A stretch of 64,000 nt of DNA from Pseudomonadota bacterium (GTDB taxonomy: Bacteria > Myxococcota_A > Polyangia > GCA-2747355). A model generated the notes under the pieces. That model was not told the origin of the DNA, ran no database searches, and saw only the letters and a list, made by a program, of their open reading frames with translations. Location of the stretch: the NCBI GenBank assembly GCA_016711215.1, contig JADJTL010000001.1:1144067-1208066 (forward strand), in the 5' to 3' direction. How positions within the stretch are numbered: position 1 is the stretch's first letter; the number at the start of each line of letters is the position of its first letter. Positions 1 through 10,654 of the stretch are shown here, one piece after another. The position numbers and the translations under genes were made by a program.

Positions 1-877
1 CGCGCGTACCAGATCGTCTCCTCGGGTAGATTGCCGTACCAGATCAGCATGAACTGCGAGAAGGCGATATAGGACCAGAAGACCGTGAAGCCGAAGAGCA
101 GCTTGCCGAGATCATGGTAGTGCTCGACGCTGATGACGTCGCCGAGCACCCCGGCGCTACGCAAGAGCAGCCCGACCAGCGCGAGAAAGGCGAAGATCGC
201 GACGACGCAGCCGGAGAAGTAGTAGACGCCGAACATCGTCGAGTACCAATGCGGATCGAGCGACATCAGCCAGTCGAAGGCCGCGAAGGTCACTGTAAGC
301 GCGAAGAGAATAATGGCCGGGCCGCTCAGTCGCTGCAGGCGCAGGGTCGCCTCTGGGGCACCGTCCTGATCCTGTCGCAGGGAGCGCCGATAGAAGGCCC
401 AGGCCAGGGCGGTCCAGATGCCGAAATAGCCCAGCGCGCGCGCCACGAAGAAGGGGATGTTGAGGTAGGGCGTCTTGCTCGCCAGCAGCGCATCGTGCCT
501 GAGCGCGTCGGGGTGGGTCCAATGAAAGAGCTCATGGAGACCGCCGACGACGGGTAGAAAGAGCAGGCCGAGCAGGGGCAGCGTGATCATCGCGTGCTCG
601 GCCAACCGCCGCACGACGACGCTCCAACCCGCCCTGGTGGCGAACTGCACGATGACGAAGAAGAGCGCACCGAGCGCGATGCTGAGCCAGTAGAGCAGCG
701 CCACGAGGTAGGAGAAGTGAGCCTGGCGTGCAGCGCCCGCGCCGCGACCAAGCAGCCAGTGGGCCATCAGCGCGAGCAACCCGACGCTAGCCGCCGCCAA
801 GGAGAGCGCGCGCCAGGTCTTGGAGCGGGGCAGGCGGAGCTGCTCAGGGCGCAGGGTCGAAGGGGCGGCGTGCGTCA
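1..877 (-). CDS. actF: Alternative complex III subunit ActF (NrfD-like membrane subunit); 3' end lies beyond the window
   Basis: Not in the ORF track because it runs off the window edge. My translation of the minus strand from a GTG overlapping the actE stop gives a polytopic membrane protein (HWYSTMFGVYYFSGCVV, FSQFMLIWYGNLPEE) typical of NrfD/PsrC-like ActC/ActF, positioned directly downstream of actE. Confidence 0.7.
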
Positions 878-1546
878 CGGCGTCCTCCAGCCGCGTCGCA
901 CGACGACGTCAGGCGGTAGCTGATCGAGGGTGGCGTGGCCGGCGAGCTGGAGCGCGCGGACATAGGCGGCGATGGCCCAGCGATCGGTGACCGGGATGGC
1001 CCAGGCGTAGGAGGGCATGCTGCGCACGCCCTCGCTGATGACGCCGAAGAAGTGACCGATCGGCGCCTGGAGCAGACGCTGCTCGTGGTAGGAGGGCGCG
1101 GGTACGGCCATCTTGCGCGCGCGCAAGATCGACTCCCCATTGCCACTCGCTCCATGACAGGGTTGGCAGTAGATGTCGAAGCGCTCGCGGCCGCGCTGTA
1201 ACAAGTCGGCGGTCAGCGCCACGGGCAGGCGATCGGCTGGCTTTCCGTCAAGGGTGCCGCGATAGAGATGCTCGCTCTCGCGCAGCGCGCCGTGGGCGAT
1301 GGTGTTGGCCGGTGGCGTGCGCATCGCCCGCCCGTCGGCGAAGAAGGCATTGCTCTGCTGGGCGCCAAAGCGCGCCTGTGAAGCCATGTTCTGCTGCAGA
1401 TGAACCGGCGGTGAGCTCGATCGCCCACCGCGACAGGCGGAGAGGCCGAGCAGCAGCAGCGCCGCGACCCGAGCCGCCGCAACGAAGCCGCGTGCGTGGC
1501 GCCATCGCCGCGCCAAGAGCCTTGCTGCTTGCCTCAGCACGCCCAT
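875..1546 (-). CDS. actE: Alternative complex III subunit ActE, monoheme cytochrome c
   Basis: ORF track 223 aa; single CxxCH (CQPCHG); N-terminal hydrophobic segment with lipobox-like LSAC; sits between actD and actF. Confidence 0.8.
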   Translation of the reverse strand: MGVLRQAARLLARRWRHARGFVAAARVAALLLLGLSACRGGRSSSPPVHLQQNMASQARFGAQQSNAFFADGRAMRTPPANTIAHGALRESEHLYRGTLDGKPADRLPVALTADLLQRGRERFDIYCQPCHGASGNGESILRARKMAVPAPSYHEQRLLQAPIGHFFGVISEGVRSMPSYAWAIPVTDRWAIAAYVRALQLAGHATLDQLPPDVVVRRGWRTP

Positions 1547-1586
1547 CGGGGGCCTCCGTATGAGGGGGTCATTGGGCTTGGGGGCA

Positions 1587-2124
1587 TCATTGGGCCAACA
1601 GCTCGACGTGCGTCGCGCCGAGCTCCTTCAACCAACCGGGGGTCTGGTCGGGATCGAAACGCGGGTCCGCCGCCTCGACCGAGATGAAGAAGCGATCGTC
1701 GCCGACCCCGGCGAAGCGCTCGCTGCGAAACACAGGATGGTAGTGGCGAGGGAGCCGGTTGAAGTGCAGCATCCCCAGAACGCAGGTCAACGCGGCCGCC
1801 AGCACGCCGACCTCGAAGGTCACGGGGACGAAGGCGGGCCAGCTAAAATAGGGTTTGCCAGCGATCACCATCGGATAGGCGATGGTGCTGGTCCACCACT
1901 GCAGGCCGAGGCCGCCGGCGGCCCCGAGCATGCCGCCGACGAAGACGACCCAGGGCAGGCGCGAGGGGCGCAGACCCATCGCGCGGTCGAGTCCATGCAC
2001 TGGAAAGGGGCTATGGGCGTCCCAGCGCGAGAAGCCGCCATCGCGTAGGCGCTCGCAAGCGCGATAGAGCGCCGTCGGGTCGGCGAATTCCGCCAACACG
2101 CCCCAGGTCTCGGTGGCTGGCGTT

Positions 2125-2132
<8 letters not shown>
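1587..2132 (-). CDS. actD: Alternative complex III subunit ActD (membrane-anchored)
   Basis: ORF track 181 aa; hydrophobic segments; start overlaps the actC stop; position in the act operon. Confidence 0.65.
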
Positions 2133-3612
<1,480 letters not shown>

Positions 3613-3641
3613 ACGATGTGAACCTAGATCAGCGAGCCGGC

Positions 3642-6600
3642 TCAGCCGAGCTTGGGGTTGGGGTTGCGCACGCGCGCGAGGTAGGTCGTGCGCGGCTTGA
3701 GATTCATGTCGCCCAGCACCGCGTAGTTGCGGTCGCGCTGCTTGAGCTGCGCGACGCGGCTCCGCGGGTCATTGAGATCGCCGAAGACGATCGCCTCGGT
3801 CGGGCAGACCTGCTGACAGGCCGGCACCACCGTGCCGTCGGCGATGGTATCGCTGCCCGCGGCCTTGGCCGCGAGGCGGGCGCCGTTGATGCGTTGCACG
3901 CAGTAGGTGCACTTCTCCATCACCCCGCGAAAGCGCACGGTGACGTCGGGGTTGCGCTGCATCGCCAGCAGCGCGTTCTGCCGGTCGTGCTCGGCCTGGT
4001 AGTTGAAGAAGTTGAAGCGCCGCACCTTATATGGGCAGTTGTTGGCACAGTAGCGTGTGCCGATGCAGCGGTTGTAGGCCATGTCGTTCAGCCCCTCGGG
4101 GCTATGCGCGGTGGCGCCGACCGGGCAGACGCTTTCGCAGGGCGCCGTCTCGCAATGCTGGCAGGCCATCGGCTGCGTGACGGGCAGGGCGTCGTCGCTC
4201 TCGCCGCTGAAATAGCGATCGAGGCGAATCCAATGCATCTCGCGGCCGTTGAGCACGCGCTCCTTGCCGACGACGGGGATCGTGTTCTCTGACTGGCAGG
4301 CGATCGTGCAGGCGTTGCAGCCGATGCAGCTGCTGAGGTCGATCGTCATGCCCCATTGCCGACCCGTCGTGGGGTTGGGCGGCTCCCAGAGCAGGGTCTT
4401 GACCTCGGCGTCGGGCAGGAGCTGCGCGGCGCGGGCGAAGTCAGGGTCGCGCTGGTACTGCGCCAGCGTTGCCTCCTGCACGATCGGGCGGCGCTGGCCG
4501 GTCAGGGGCTCGATCAGCGTGCCGTGGTCCTGCGTGCAGGCGAGCGCGTAGTGCCCGCGCAGGTGGCGCAGCCTGACGCCTTGGGCGAAGCGCGAGGCGT
4601 CGACGGTGCGCAGCGCGTTGGCGTTGAAGCCGCGGCCGTCGGCCACCGGGCCGCTATGCTGGCGACCATAGCCCAGCGCCAAGGCGACGCAGCTCTCTGC
4701 GACGCCCGGCGTGATCCAGACGGCGGCCTGCAGGCGGCGACCATCATGTTCGAGCTCGATCAGCTCCTCGGACTTGAGCCCGAGCCGGCGCGCCGTGGCT
4801 GCCCCGATCAACGCCGCGTTATCCCACGTCAGCTTGGTCACCGGATCGGGCAGCTCTTGCAGCCAGGCGTTGCCGGCGAAGCGGCCGTCGTAGAGCGTCG
4901 CGTCGAGCTGAAAGACCAACTCCAGGCGTTGGTCGGTGGGGGCCGGTCTATCGAGGGCGTCCTGCGGGCGCGCCGTCCGGGCGTCCCGATCGGCCGAGCC
5001 GCTCGAGCCCTCGAGCGTTGGTCGCGCTGCGGGCCTGCCGGCGAGCTGGGTCGCAAGCGCCTGCCACTCGTAGGTGGGGCTGAGCGCGGCGAGCTCAGCC
5101 GGGCGCTGCCCGTCATGGACCAGCGCGCGCCAGCGACGCTCGTGGCTGGCCTCATCGGCCCCGGCCGGCAGCAGGCCTGCATAGGCTGCGGTCGCCGGGC
5201 GGCGCAGCAGCGTGTAGCCATCGTGGAGCTTAGAGGCGATCAGGCGCGCAACGAGCTCGATCGGCGAGAGCGAGGCGAAGAGGGGCGCGATCAGCGGCTG
5301 CTGCACGCTGATCGTGCCGTCGGCGGCGCGGAGATCGCCCCAGGCCTCGAGGAAGTGGCTTTGGGGCACGACCCAGCGCGCCAGCGCCGCGGTCTCGTTG
5401 GCCGTGGGGCAGAGGTAGATCGTCGACGGGACGCGGCGCAGCAAGGTGCCGAACTCGAGATCGGCCGGCGCGTCATAGACCGGGTTTCCGCCGACGATGA
5501 CCAGCGATGAGACGGTCTCGGCCCGCAGCGCCGCGGCGAGGGCCTCGATCCCCTCGCAGTCCGCTGCCAGGTCGGGGTAGTAGCTGACCGTCTGGCCGAC
5601 GCTGCCGAGCAGCGCGTTGGTCAGCTGGCCGAGCGCATGGACCAGCGGCGGCTGCCCTTCGCCAACGATGATCAACGCCCGCCCGCGATGGGCGAGGAGG
5701 TCCTCGGCCAGCGCGCCAATCCAGCGCTGATGCGCGGCGCTCGGCGCGCGCGCCCGCAGGCGCGCCAGGAGCTGCTCGGCGCCGGCGGGCGCCGGCAGGG
5801 AAGGCGCGAGCTTGGCGACCAGGTCGGCGAGAAAGCCACCCACCTGCGAGGCCGCCAGGCGCAGGCGATTGTCGGCGTTCATCCCCGTGACGGTGAAGGC
5901 TGGCTCGACCACGTAGAGCCTGTTCATCCCGTCGCGCGGGCTGGTGAGGCGCCGTCGTTGGGCAAAGGCGCGGGCCTGGCGGACGACGTCGCCCTCGAGG
6001 CCGAGCGGATCGGCGTCGAGGGCTAGCACGACATCGGCGCGATCGAGCGCATAGCAGGGCCGAGCCCCCTTCAGCCCGACGAGTGCTGCGCCGGCCAGGC
6101 TCTGCCGTGGTTGGGCCGCGTCGTGGACGTAGAGGCGTGCGTGCGGGTAGCGAGCGCGAAGCTCGCCCAGCAGCGCGTGGAGCGTCGGCGAACGGAGGTC
6201 CTGCAGCAGCAGCGCCAGGCCGCGCCCCTGCTGCCGCTCGAGGCGCGCCGCGAGCCCGGCCAGCGCGGCATCGCGCTCGCGCGTGGAGACCGAGCGGTCG
6301 CCGAGGCGCGTGCGCCGCAGGCGCTGCGGGTCGTAGAGATCGAGCACGCTCGCCTGCAGGAAGGTGTCGGTGGCGCCGCGACTCATCGGATGGTCGGGGT
6401 GGCCCTCGATCTTGGTCGGGCGTCCGTCCTGGCTCTCGACGAGCAGGCCGACCACCCCCCCCGTGAGCTGGGCGGCGGTGGCGTAGTAGCGCGGCTGTCC
6501 AGGGACCAGATCCTCGGGCCGCTGGTTGAAGGGCAGGATCAGCTCGCGTGGCTTGCGCACGCAGCCGCTCAGCGTGGCGCCGGCGAGGGTTAGCGAGGCG

Positions 6601-6797
6601 CCCATCACCCCGAGGAAGTCGCGGCGCCCGACGTGGTCGAGGTCGAGCTGCGCGGCATTGGGCGGAAACTCGTCGCGCTGGGCAGCCTGCGCTGGATCGA
6701 TCGGCGCGCCCTCGGCATTGAGGCTGCGCCAATGACGCGGGGCGGTGGCGTTTCCCTCGGCGGTGGCAGCGGGGGCGTGCACTCTAGGCGTAGTCAT
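3642..6797 (-). CDS. actB: Alternative complex III subunit ActB (molybdopterin-oxidoreductase-like domain fused to 4Fe-4S ferredoxin domain)
   Basis: ORF track 1125 aa. Twin-arginine signal [17 protein letters not shown]; C-terminal Cys clusters ([38 protein letters not shown]). The tracked start at 7019 overlaps actA, so the start is placed at the internal Met (MTTPRV) abutting the actA stop. Confidence 0.85.
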   Translation of the reverse strand: MTTPRVHAPAATAEGNATAPRHWRSLNAEGAPIDPAQAAQRDEFPPNAAQLDLDHVGRRDFLGVMGASLTLAGATLSGCVRKPRELILPFNQRPEDLVPGQPRYYATAAQLTGGVVGLLVESQDGRPTKIEGHPDHPMSRGATDTFLQASVLDLYDPQRLRRTRLGDRSVSTRERDAALAGLAARLERQQGRGLALLLQDLRSPTLHALLGELRARYPHARLYVHDAAQPRQSLAGAALVGLKGARPCYALDRADVVLALDADPLGLEGDVVRQARAFAQRRRLTSPRDGMNRLYVVEPAFTVTGMNADNRLRLAASQVGGFLADLVAKLAPSLPAPAGAEQLLARLRARAPSAAHQRWIGALAEDLLAHRGRALIIVGEGQPPLVHALGQLTNALLGSVGQTVSYYPDLAADCEGIEALAAALRAETVSSLVIVGGNPVYDAPADLEFGTLLRRVPSTIYLCPTANETAALARWVVPQSHFLEAWGDLRAADGTISVQQPLIAPLFASLSPIELVARLIASKLHDGYTLLRRPATAAYAGLLPAGADEASHERRWRALVHDGQRPAELAALSPTYEWQALATQLAGRPAARPTLEGSSGSADRDARTARPQDALDRPAPTDQRLELVFQLDATLYDGRFAGNAWLQELPDPVTKLTWDNAALIGAATARRLGLKSEELIELEHDGRRLQAAVWITPGVAESCVALALGYGRQHSGPVADGRGFNANALRTVDASRFAQGVRLRHLRGHYALACTQDHGTLIEPLTGQRRPIVQEATLAQYQRDPDFARAAQLLPDAEVKTLLWEPPNPTTGRQWGMTIDLSSCIGCNACTIACQSENTIPVVGKERVLNGREMHWIRLDRYFSGESDDALPVTQPMACQHCETAPCESVCPVGATAHSPEGLNDMAYNRCIGTRYCANNCPYKVRRFNFFNYQAEHDRQNALLAMQRNPDVTVRFRGVMEKCTYCVQRINGARLAAKAAGSDTIADGTVVPACQQVCPTEAIVFGDLNDPRSRVAQLKQRDRNYAVLGDMNLKPRTTYLARVRNPNPKLG

Positions 6798-7522
6798 CGG
6801 TGGCACCCCGAGCAGTGCAAGGGCGGCTCGAGCTGGCGCTTGCGCCGCGGATCGCGCGCGGCGACGTAGCCCGCGGCCGCCGGGTCGTAGCCGAGGTCGG
6901 TGACTTTGTCCAACGGACCCACCCGGCCCGCTGGGTTGCGGTGGCAGTCCAAGCACCAGCTCATGCTCAGCGGCTGGACCTGGCGCACGACCGTCATCTG
7001 GTCGACGCGGCCGTGACACTGCACGCAGCCGACGCCCGCGGCCACGTGGACGCGGTGATCGAAGAAGGCGTAGTCGGGCAGCAGGTGAACGCGCACCCAG
7101 GGGAGCGGCAGCCCGCTGGCATGGGCGATGCGCAGGGGCGCGAGCTTGACGGTCTCGGGCAAGATCAGCTTCTCGTGACAGCCCATGCAGGTCTGCGTCG
7201 GGGGCACGGCGGCGACCGGCGCCCGCTCGACGGTGCTGTGGCAGTAGCGGCAGTCGAAGCCGAGCTCGCCCGCGTGGAGCTTATGGCTGAAGGGGACGGG
7301 CTGGATCGGCTCGTAGCCGACGTCGGTAAACGAGGGAGAAAACCAGTACCAGATCGCGCCGACGACCGTCGCCAAGACCACGGGCAAGGCCAGGCCGAGG
7401 TAGAGCGGAAGACGATTGGTCCAGCGCGGGAAGAGCGGGGTCACGGCTTGTCGACGCTCCCTCGGTAGCAGTAGTCGCCGGCAGTCGCCCCAGCGGCTTC
7501 GATCCCGGGCGACCTCGAGCAC
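6794..7522 (-). CDS. actA: Alternative complex III subunit ActA, pentaheme cytochrome c
   Basis: ORF track 242 aa; five CxxCH motifs (CRYCH, CMGCH, CVQCH, CLDCH, CSGCH); N-terminal membrane anchor. Confidence 0.85.
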   Translation of the reverse strand: MLEVARDRSRWGDCRRLLLPRERRQAVTPLFPRWTNRLPLYLGLALPVVLATVVGAIWYWFSPSFTDVGYEPIQPVPFSHKLHAGELGFDCRYCHSTVERAPVAAVPPTQTCMGCHEKLILPETVKLAPLRIAHASGLPLPWVRVHLLPDYAFFDHRVHVAAGVGCVQCHGRVDQMTVVRQVQPLSMSWCLDCHRNPAGRVGPLDKVTDLGYDPAAAGYVAARDPRRKRQLEPPLHCSGCHR

Positions 7523-7685
7523 ACGATGCAGCGGCCTCTGCGTGCCCGCGCCACGAACTCGACCGACGGGGGCGGCCGCGCTCGTCTTGGGCTCAGGAAG
7601 GCCGCAGGGCGGAGCGTCGGCTTGCCCCGCCGGAACGCGCGCACCCTAGCGATAACGCCCCGCGTTGGCAAGGGCCAGCGGCGAC

Positions 7686-7755
7686 GGCCAGCGGCGACGG
7701 CGGAGGTGCGGCGACGGCGGACATGCGGCGACGGCGGACGTGCGGGGCAGCTGGT
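7686..7755. repeat. Imperfect tandem repeat (~19 bp unit, GCGGCGACGGCGGAC[A/G]TGCG-like) in the actA/DAHP-synthase divergent intergenic region
   Basis: Direct reading: cggcgacggccagcggcgacggcggaggtgcggcgacggcggacatgcggcgacggcggacgtgcgg. Confidence 0.5.
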
Positions 7756-7885
7756 GGTGCGGGGTCTGCAGCGGTGGCGCTGGCCTCCCTCGCGCTGCCG
7801 AGCCTCGACGGGGTGCGCGCGGGCGGGGGAGGGAGGCTGACTTTCGCAGTAGACAGCCGGGGCGCGCTGAGTAGACTGTGCGGCG

Positions 7886-9007
7886 ATGATTATTGTGATG
7901 CGCCCCGAATGCGGGCCTGAATCCCCCGAAGTGGCCGAGGTCGTGCGCCTGGCGCGGACCTTCCCCGACGTGCAACCAGAGGTACGGCAAATCCAGGGCG
8001 CCACGCGCTCGCTGACGGAGGTCTACCTGATCGGATCGACTGGCCAACTGCCGCTCGATCGCTTCGCCGACAGCCTGGGCGTCGAGCGCGCGATCCGCGT
8101 GCGAGAGAAATATCGTGCGATTGGCCGCCACGAGGGGCAGGTCGAGGCGCTGGGCTTCGAGTACAACGGGCTCCGCTTCGGCGATGATAGCTTCCATGTC
8201 TTCGCCGGGCTCTGCGCGGTCGACACCCGTGAGAACGTCGAGCAGATGTTCCGCGCGCTGAAGCAGCTCGGGCTGCAGACGACGCGTGCCGGGGCCTACA
8301 AGCCGCGCACCAGCCCCTACGATTTCCAGGGGCATGGCCGCGCCTGTCTGCCCTACGTCTTCGAGCTGGCCGGCAAGTACGACATCAAGTGCGTGGCGAT
8401 GGAGATCACCCACGAGACGCAGCTCGACGAGATCCGCGAGGCCCTCGAGCGCGCCGGGCAGCCGACGGGTGTGCTGATTCAAATCGGCACGCGCAACGCG
8501 CAGAACTTCGAGCTGCTGAAGCACGTTGGGCAGCAGCAGGACTTTCCCGTGCTCTTCAAGCGCGGGATGGGCATCACGCTGGCCGAGTCGCTGAATGCCT
8601 GTGAATACATCGCCAGCGGCGGCAACCATCGAATCATCTTCTGCCTGCGCGGGATGAAGACGAACCTCGGCGATCCGCACCGAAACCTCGTCGACTTCGC
8701 GCATGTGCCGGTGGTCAAGCGCCTGACGCGCTTGCCGGTCTGTATCGACCCGTCGCATTCGGTCGGCCAGCGCCTGGTGGCGTTGGACGGCTTGCTCGAC
8801 ATGCATCACGCGGCAGCGCAGGGCATCGTCGCCGGCGCGAACATGGTGCTGGTCGACTTCCATCCGACGCCAAAAGAGGCGCTCTGCGACGGCCCGCAGG
8901 CCCTCTTGCTCAAGGAGCTCGAGCACTTCGTCGCCGACACCCAGCTCGTGCGCAAGGCCTACCTCGACCGGATAGCCCTCGGTCGGCGCCTGCTCCAAGA
9001 GCGCTAG
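7886..9007 (+). CDS. aroF: 3-deoxy-7-phosphoheptulonate (DAHP) synthase, KDO8P-synthase-like type I-beta with N-terminal ferredoxin-like regulatory domain
   Basis: ORF track 373 aa; motifs GTRNAQNFELLK, KRGMG, CIDPSHS; length matches Thermotoga/Bacillus-type DAHPS. Confidence 0.85.
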   Translation: MIIVMRPECGPESPEVAEVVRLARTFPDVQPEVRQIQGATRSLTEVYLIGSTGQLPLDRFADSLGVERAIRVREKYRAIGRHEGQVEALGFEYNGLRFGDDSFHVFAGLCAVDTRENVEQMFRALKQLGLQTTRAGAYKPRTSPYDFQGHGRACLPYVFELAGKYDIKCVAMEITHETQLDEIREALERAGQPTGVLIQIGTRNAQNFELLKHVGQQQDFPVLFKRGMGITLAESLNACEYIASGGNHRIIFCLRGMKTNLGDPHRNLVDFAHVPVVKRLTRLPVCIDPSHSVGQRLVALDGLLDMHHAAAQGIVAGANMVLVDFHPTPKEALCDGPQALLLKELEHFVADTQLVRKAYLDRIALGRRLLQER

Positions 9008-9025
9008 ACACTCGTTCGCCGCTGC

Positions 9026-9039
9026 GGCCCCGCGGGGCC
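9026..9039 (+). terminator. GC-rich palindrome (GGCCCCGCGGGGCC) immediately after the DAHP synthase stop; possible terminator hairpin
   Basis: Perfect 14-bp palindrome seen in sequence; no U-tract, which is common in high-GC genomes. Confidence 0.3.
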
Positions 9040-9046
9040 CGCCCTG

Positions 9047-9095
9047 CGCACGCCACGCACGCCACGCACGCCACGCACGCCACGCACGCCACCTT
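9047..9095. repeat. Tandem repeat, 9-bp unit CGCCACGCA, about 4.5 copies
   Basis: Direct reading: cgcacgccacgcacgccacgcacgccacgcacgccacgcacgccacc; intergenic. Confidence 0.85.
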
Positions 9096-9337
9096 TGGCG
9101 GGCCCGGCGTGCGCCCCTGTGCCCGAGCCGCCAGCTCAGCGCGAAGGCCAATTGCGAGCCACGGGTATCTGGGGTTGAATGGCCCCGCTTTCGAACGAGC
9201 GATCTCGGGAGCTTGCGGTCTCATGTCCCCAGGTAGCGCTTCGCGATTACTGCAACCATCCGGAAGGACAATGGTCATGCCATGGCACGAGAGCTGCTTC
9301 TAATGCTTCTCGGCAGCGTTCCTAGGAGGGGCAAGCG

Positions 9338-10540
9338 ATGACGAATCAAGACGCTCGACCAGATGCTCGACCAGATGCTCGACCAGATGCTCCACGCGAC
9401 GGCCGAGGCGTTGGCGTGCAGGCGCTGAGAGCCAGGCGGTGGGTCGCAATGCTCGGCCTTTGCGCACTGCAACTTGGCTGCGCGGGCAGCGTCGACTCGG
9501 GTGCTGCGGGGGGCGATGCCCTGGGCACCGGTGGGTCGATCTACGACGTCACCAACACCGCCGGGGCCGTCGGGTCGACCGCCAGCGAGAGCGCTATTTC
9601 GAGCGGCACGAAGCTCTTCGTCATCGCCGACGGGGCACGGGTCAACGTGACGGTGGCCGGCAGCAGCACCCCGGTGATCTGGGGCAAGCTGTCGACGGGC
9701 GACGTGCTCGGCTTCGGCTATCTCGACAAGGCCTATCGCTATGAGCACGGCGGCACGGCCACGGAGCTGCTGCCCAGCGGTTCTGCGGGCGGGATGGTGA
9801 CGAGCTCGATGGTCGCGCCGGGCGCGGAGATCGGGCTGCCCAGCCTCAACCTCACGGGGACGACCCAACCCTACGTGCTGATCGTGCGGGGACCGGAGGC
9901 CAGCGGTGCCTACGGTTATATACTTTCGCCCTGCGGCGACGCTGCCTGCTCCAACGGCCCGACGGATGCCACCGTGCGGACCGCGGTGGCCAATCAACCG
10001 GTCAACGTCGGGGGTGATTACACGCTCGAGTTCCGCCCGGTCGAGCTGAACGGCGTTGCGAAGACGCTCTTCTCGCTGCGGAGGACGACGGCCGTCGCCA
10101 CCAGCGCGAGCACCAGCGCGAGCACCAGCGCGACCACCGCGGCGACCAGCAGCGTGGCCCCGGCCGCTCCCACCCCGCCACCCCCGCCGCCCACGGCCCC
10201 CACGGCCCCCACCGCGCCGGCAAAGGCCGCCGACGACGGCTGGTCGATGACCGATTGGCTGCTGCTCGGTGGCGCCGCGGTGGGCGGGTACGTCCTGTGG
10301 ATGAAGAAATGCGACTGGTTCGATATCGCCTGCAACGGCGCACAGACGAACGCTGCCGGCGGCGGTCCCAACTGGGGTGGTAATGATCCTAGCCTTCTGA
10401 ACGGGACGGTGGGAGGCAACACAGCCGCCTTTCCTTATGGCTATCAGTCCGCGACGGGAGCTGGCTGCTACGTCGATGCGAATGGACAGGTGCGGCTCAG
10501 ATCGACGCACCTTCTCGGCGACACTTGGAGCTGCTACTAG
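9338..10540 (+). CDS. Hypothetical membrane-anchored lipoprotein with N-terminal DARP repeats, Thr/Ser/Pro-rich linker, TM helix and Cys-containing C-terminal domain
   Basis: ORF track 400 aa; AGGAGG 7 nt upstream of the ATG; lipobox LQLGC; TSASTSASTSATT...PTPPPPPPTAPTAPTAP linker; hydrophobic WLLLGGAAVGGYVLWM; no recognisable catalytic motif. Confidence 0.6.
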   Translation: MTNQDARPDARPDARPDAPRDGRGVGVQALRARRWVAMLGLCALQLGCAGSVDSGAAGGDALGTGGSIYDVTNTAGAVGSTASESAISSGTKLFVIADGARVNVTVAGSSTPVIWGKLSTGDVLGFGYLDKAYRYEHGGTATELLPSGSAGGMVTSSMVAPGAEIGLPSLNLTGTTQPYVLIVRGPEASGAYGYILSPCGDAACSNGPTDATVRTAVANQPVNVGGDYTLEFRPVELNGVAKTLFSLRRTTAVATSASTSASTSATTAATSSVAPAAPTPPPPPPTAPTAPTAPAKAADDGWSMTDWLLLGGAAVGGYVLWMKKCDWFDIACNGAQTNAAGGGPNWGGNDPSLLNGTVGGNTAAFPYGYQSATGAGCYVDANGQVRLRSTHLLGDTWSCY

Positions 10541-10654
10541 CGAGGCATGCTCACGGTTGTTGCCCCCCACAGGCCACGCCCTCGTCCACCCCAATCTGCT
10601 CAGCCGGCCCAGCTCAGTATCCGCGGCGCCCAGCGTCCACCGCAGGGCGCCGAA

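Noticed and set aside
114-923. Plus- and minus-strand ORFs at the window start (114..557 +, 157..522 -, 594..923 +)
   Set aside because: They lie within the actF coding region, whose minus-strand translation is a clear NrfD-like membrane protein.
4356-6732. Several long ORFs (4356..5510 +, 5473..6732 -, 5637..6026 +) inside actB
   Set aside because: Alternate-frame or antisense translations dominated by Arg/Ala/Gly/Pro; actB in its own frame has clear Tat signal and Fe-S motifs.
6797-7019. N-terminal 74 aa of the tracked actB ORF
   Set aside because: Overlaps actA by 225 bp and is Arg/Pro-rich; the internal Met abutting the actA stop is a more plausible start.
9047-9095. Possible CRISPR array (this and the other tandem repeats at 24194, 45430, 46043, 57295)
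   Set aside because: The repeats are short and directly adjacent with no unique spacers, and no cas genes are present; these are simple tandem repeats.
7646-9151. 501-aa minus-strand ORF covering the DAHP synthase locus
   Set aside because: Antisense to a well-supported DAHP synthase; contains the translated tandem repeat (WRAWRAWRAW) and no domain features.
9275-10594. 439-aa minus-strand ORF antisense to the DARP lipoprotein
   Set aside because: Gly/Arg-rich low-complexity translation including the translated repeat (WSSIWSSIW); the plus-strand gene has a strong RBS and lipoprotein features.
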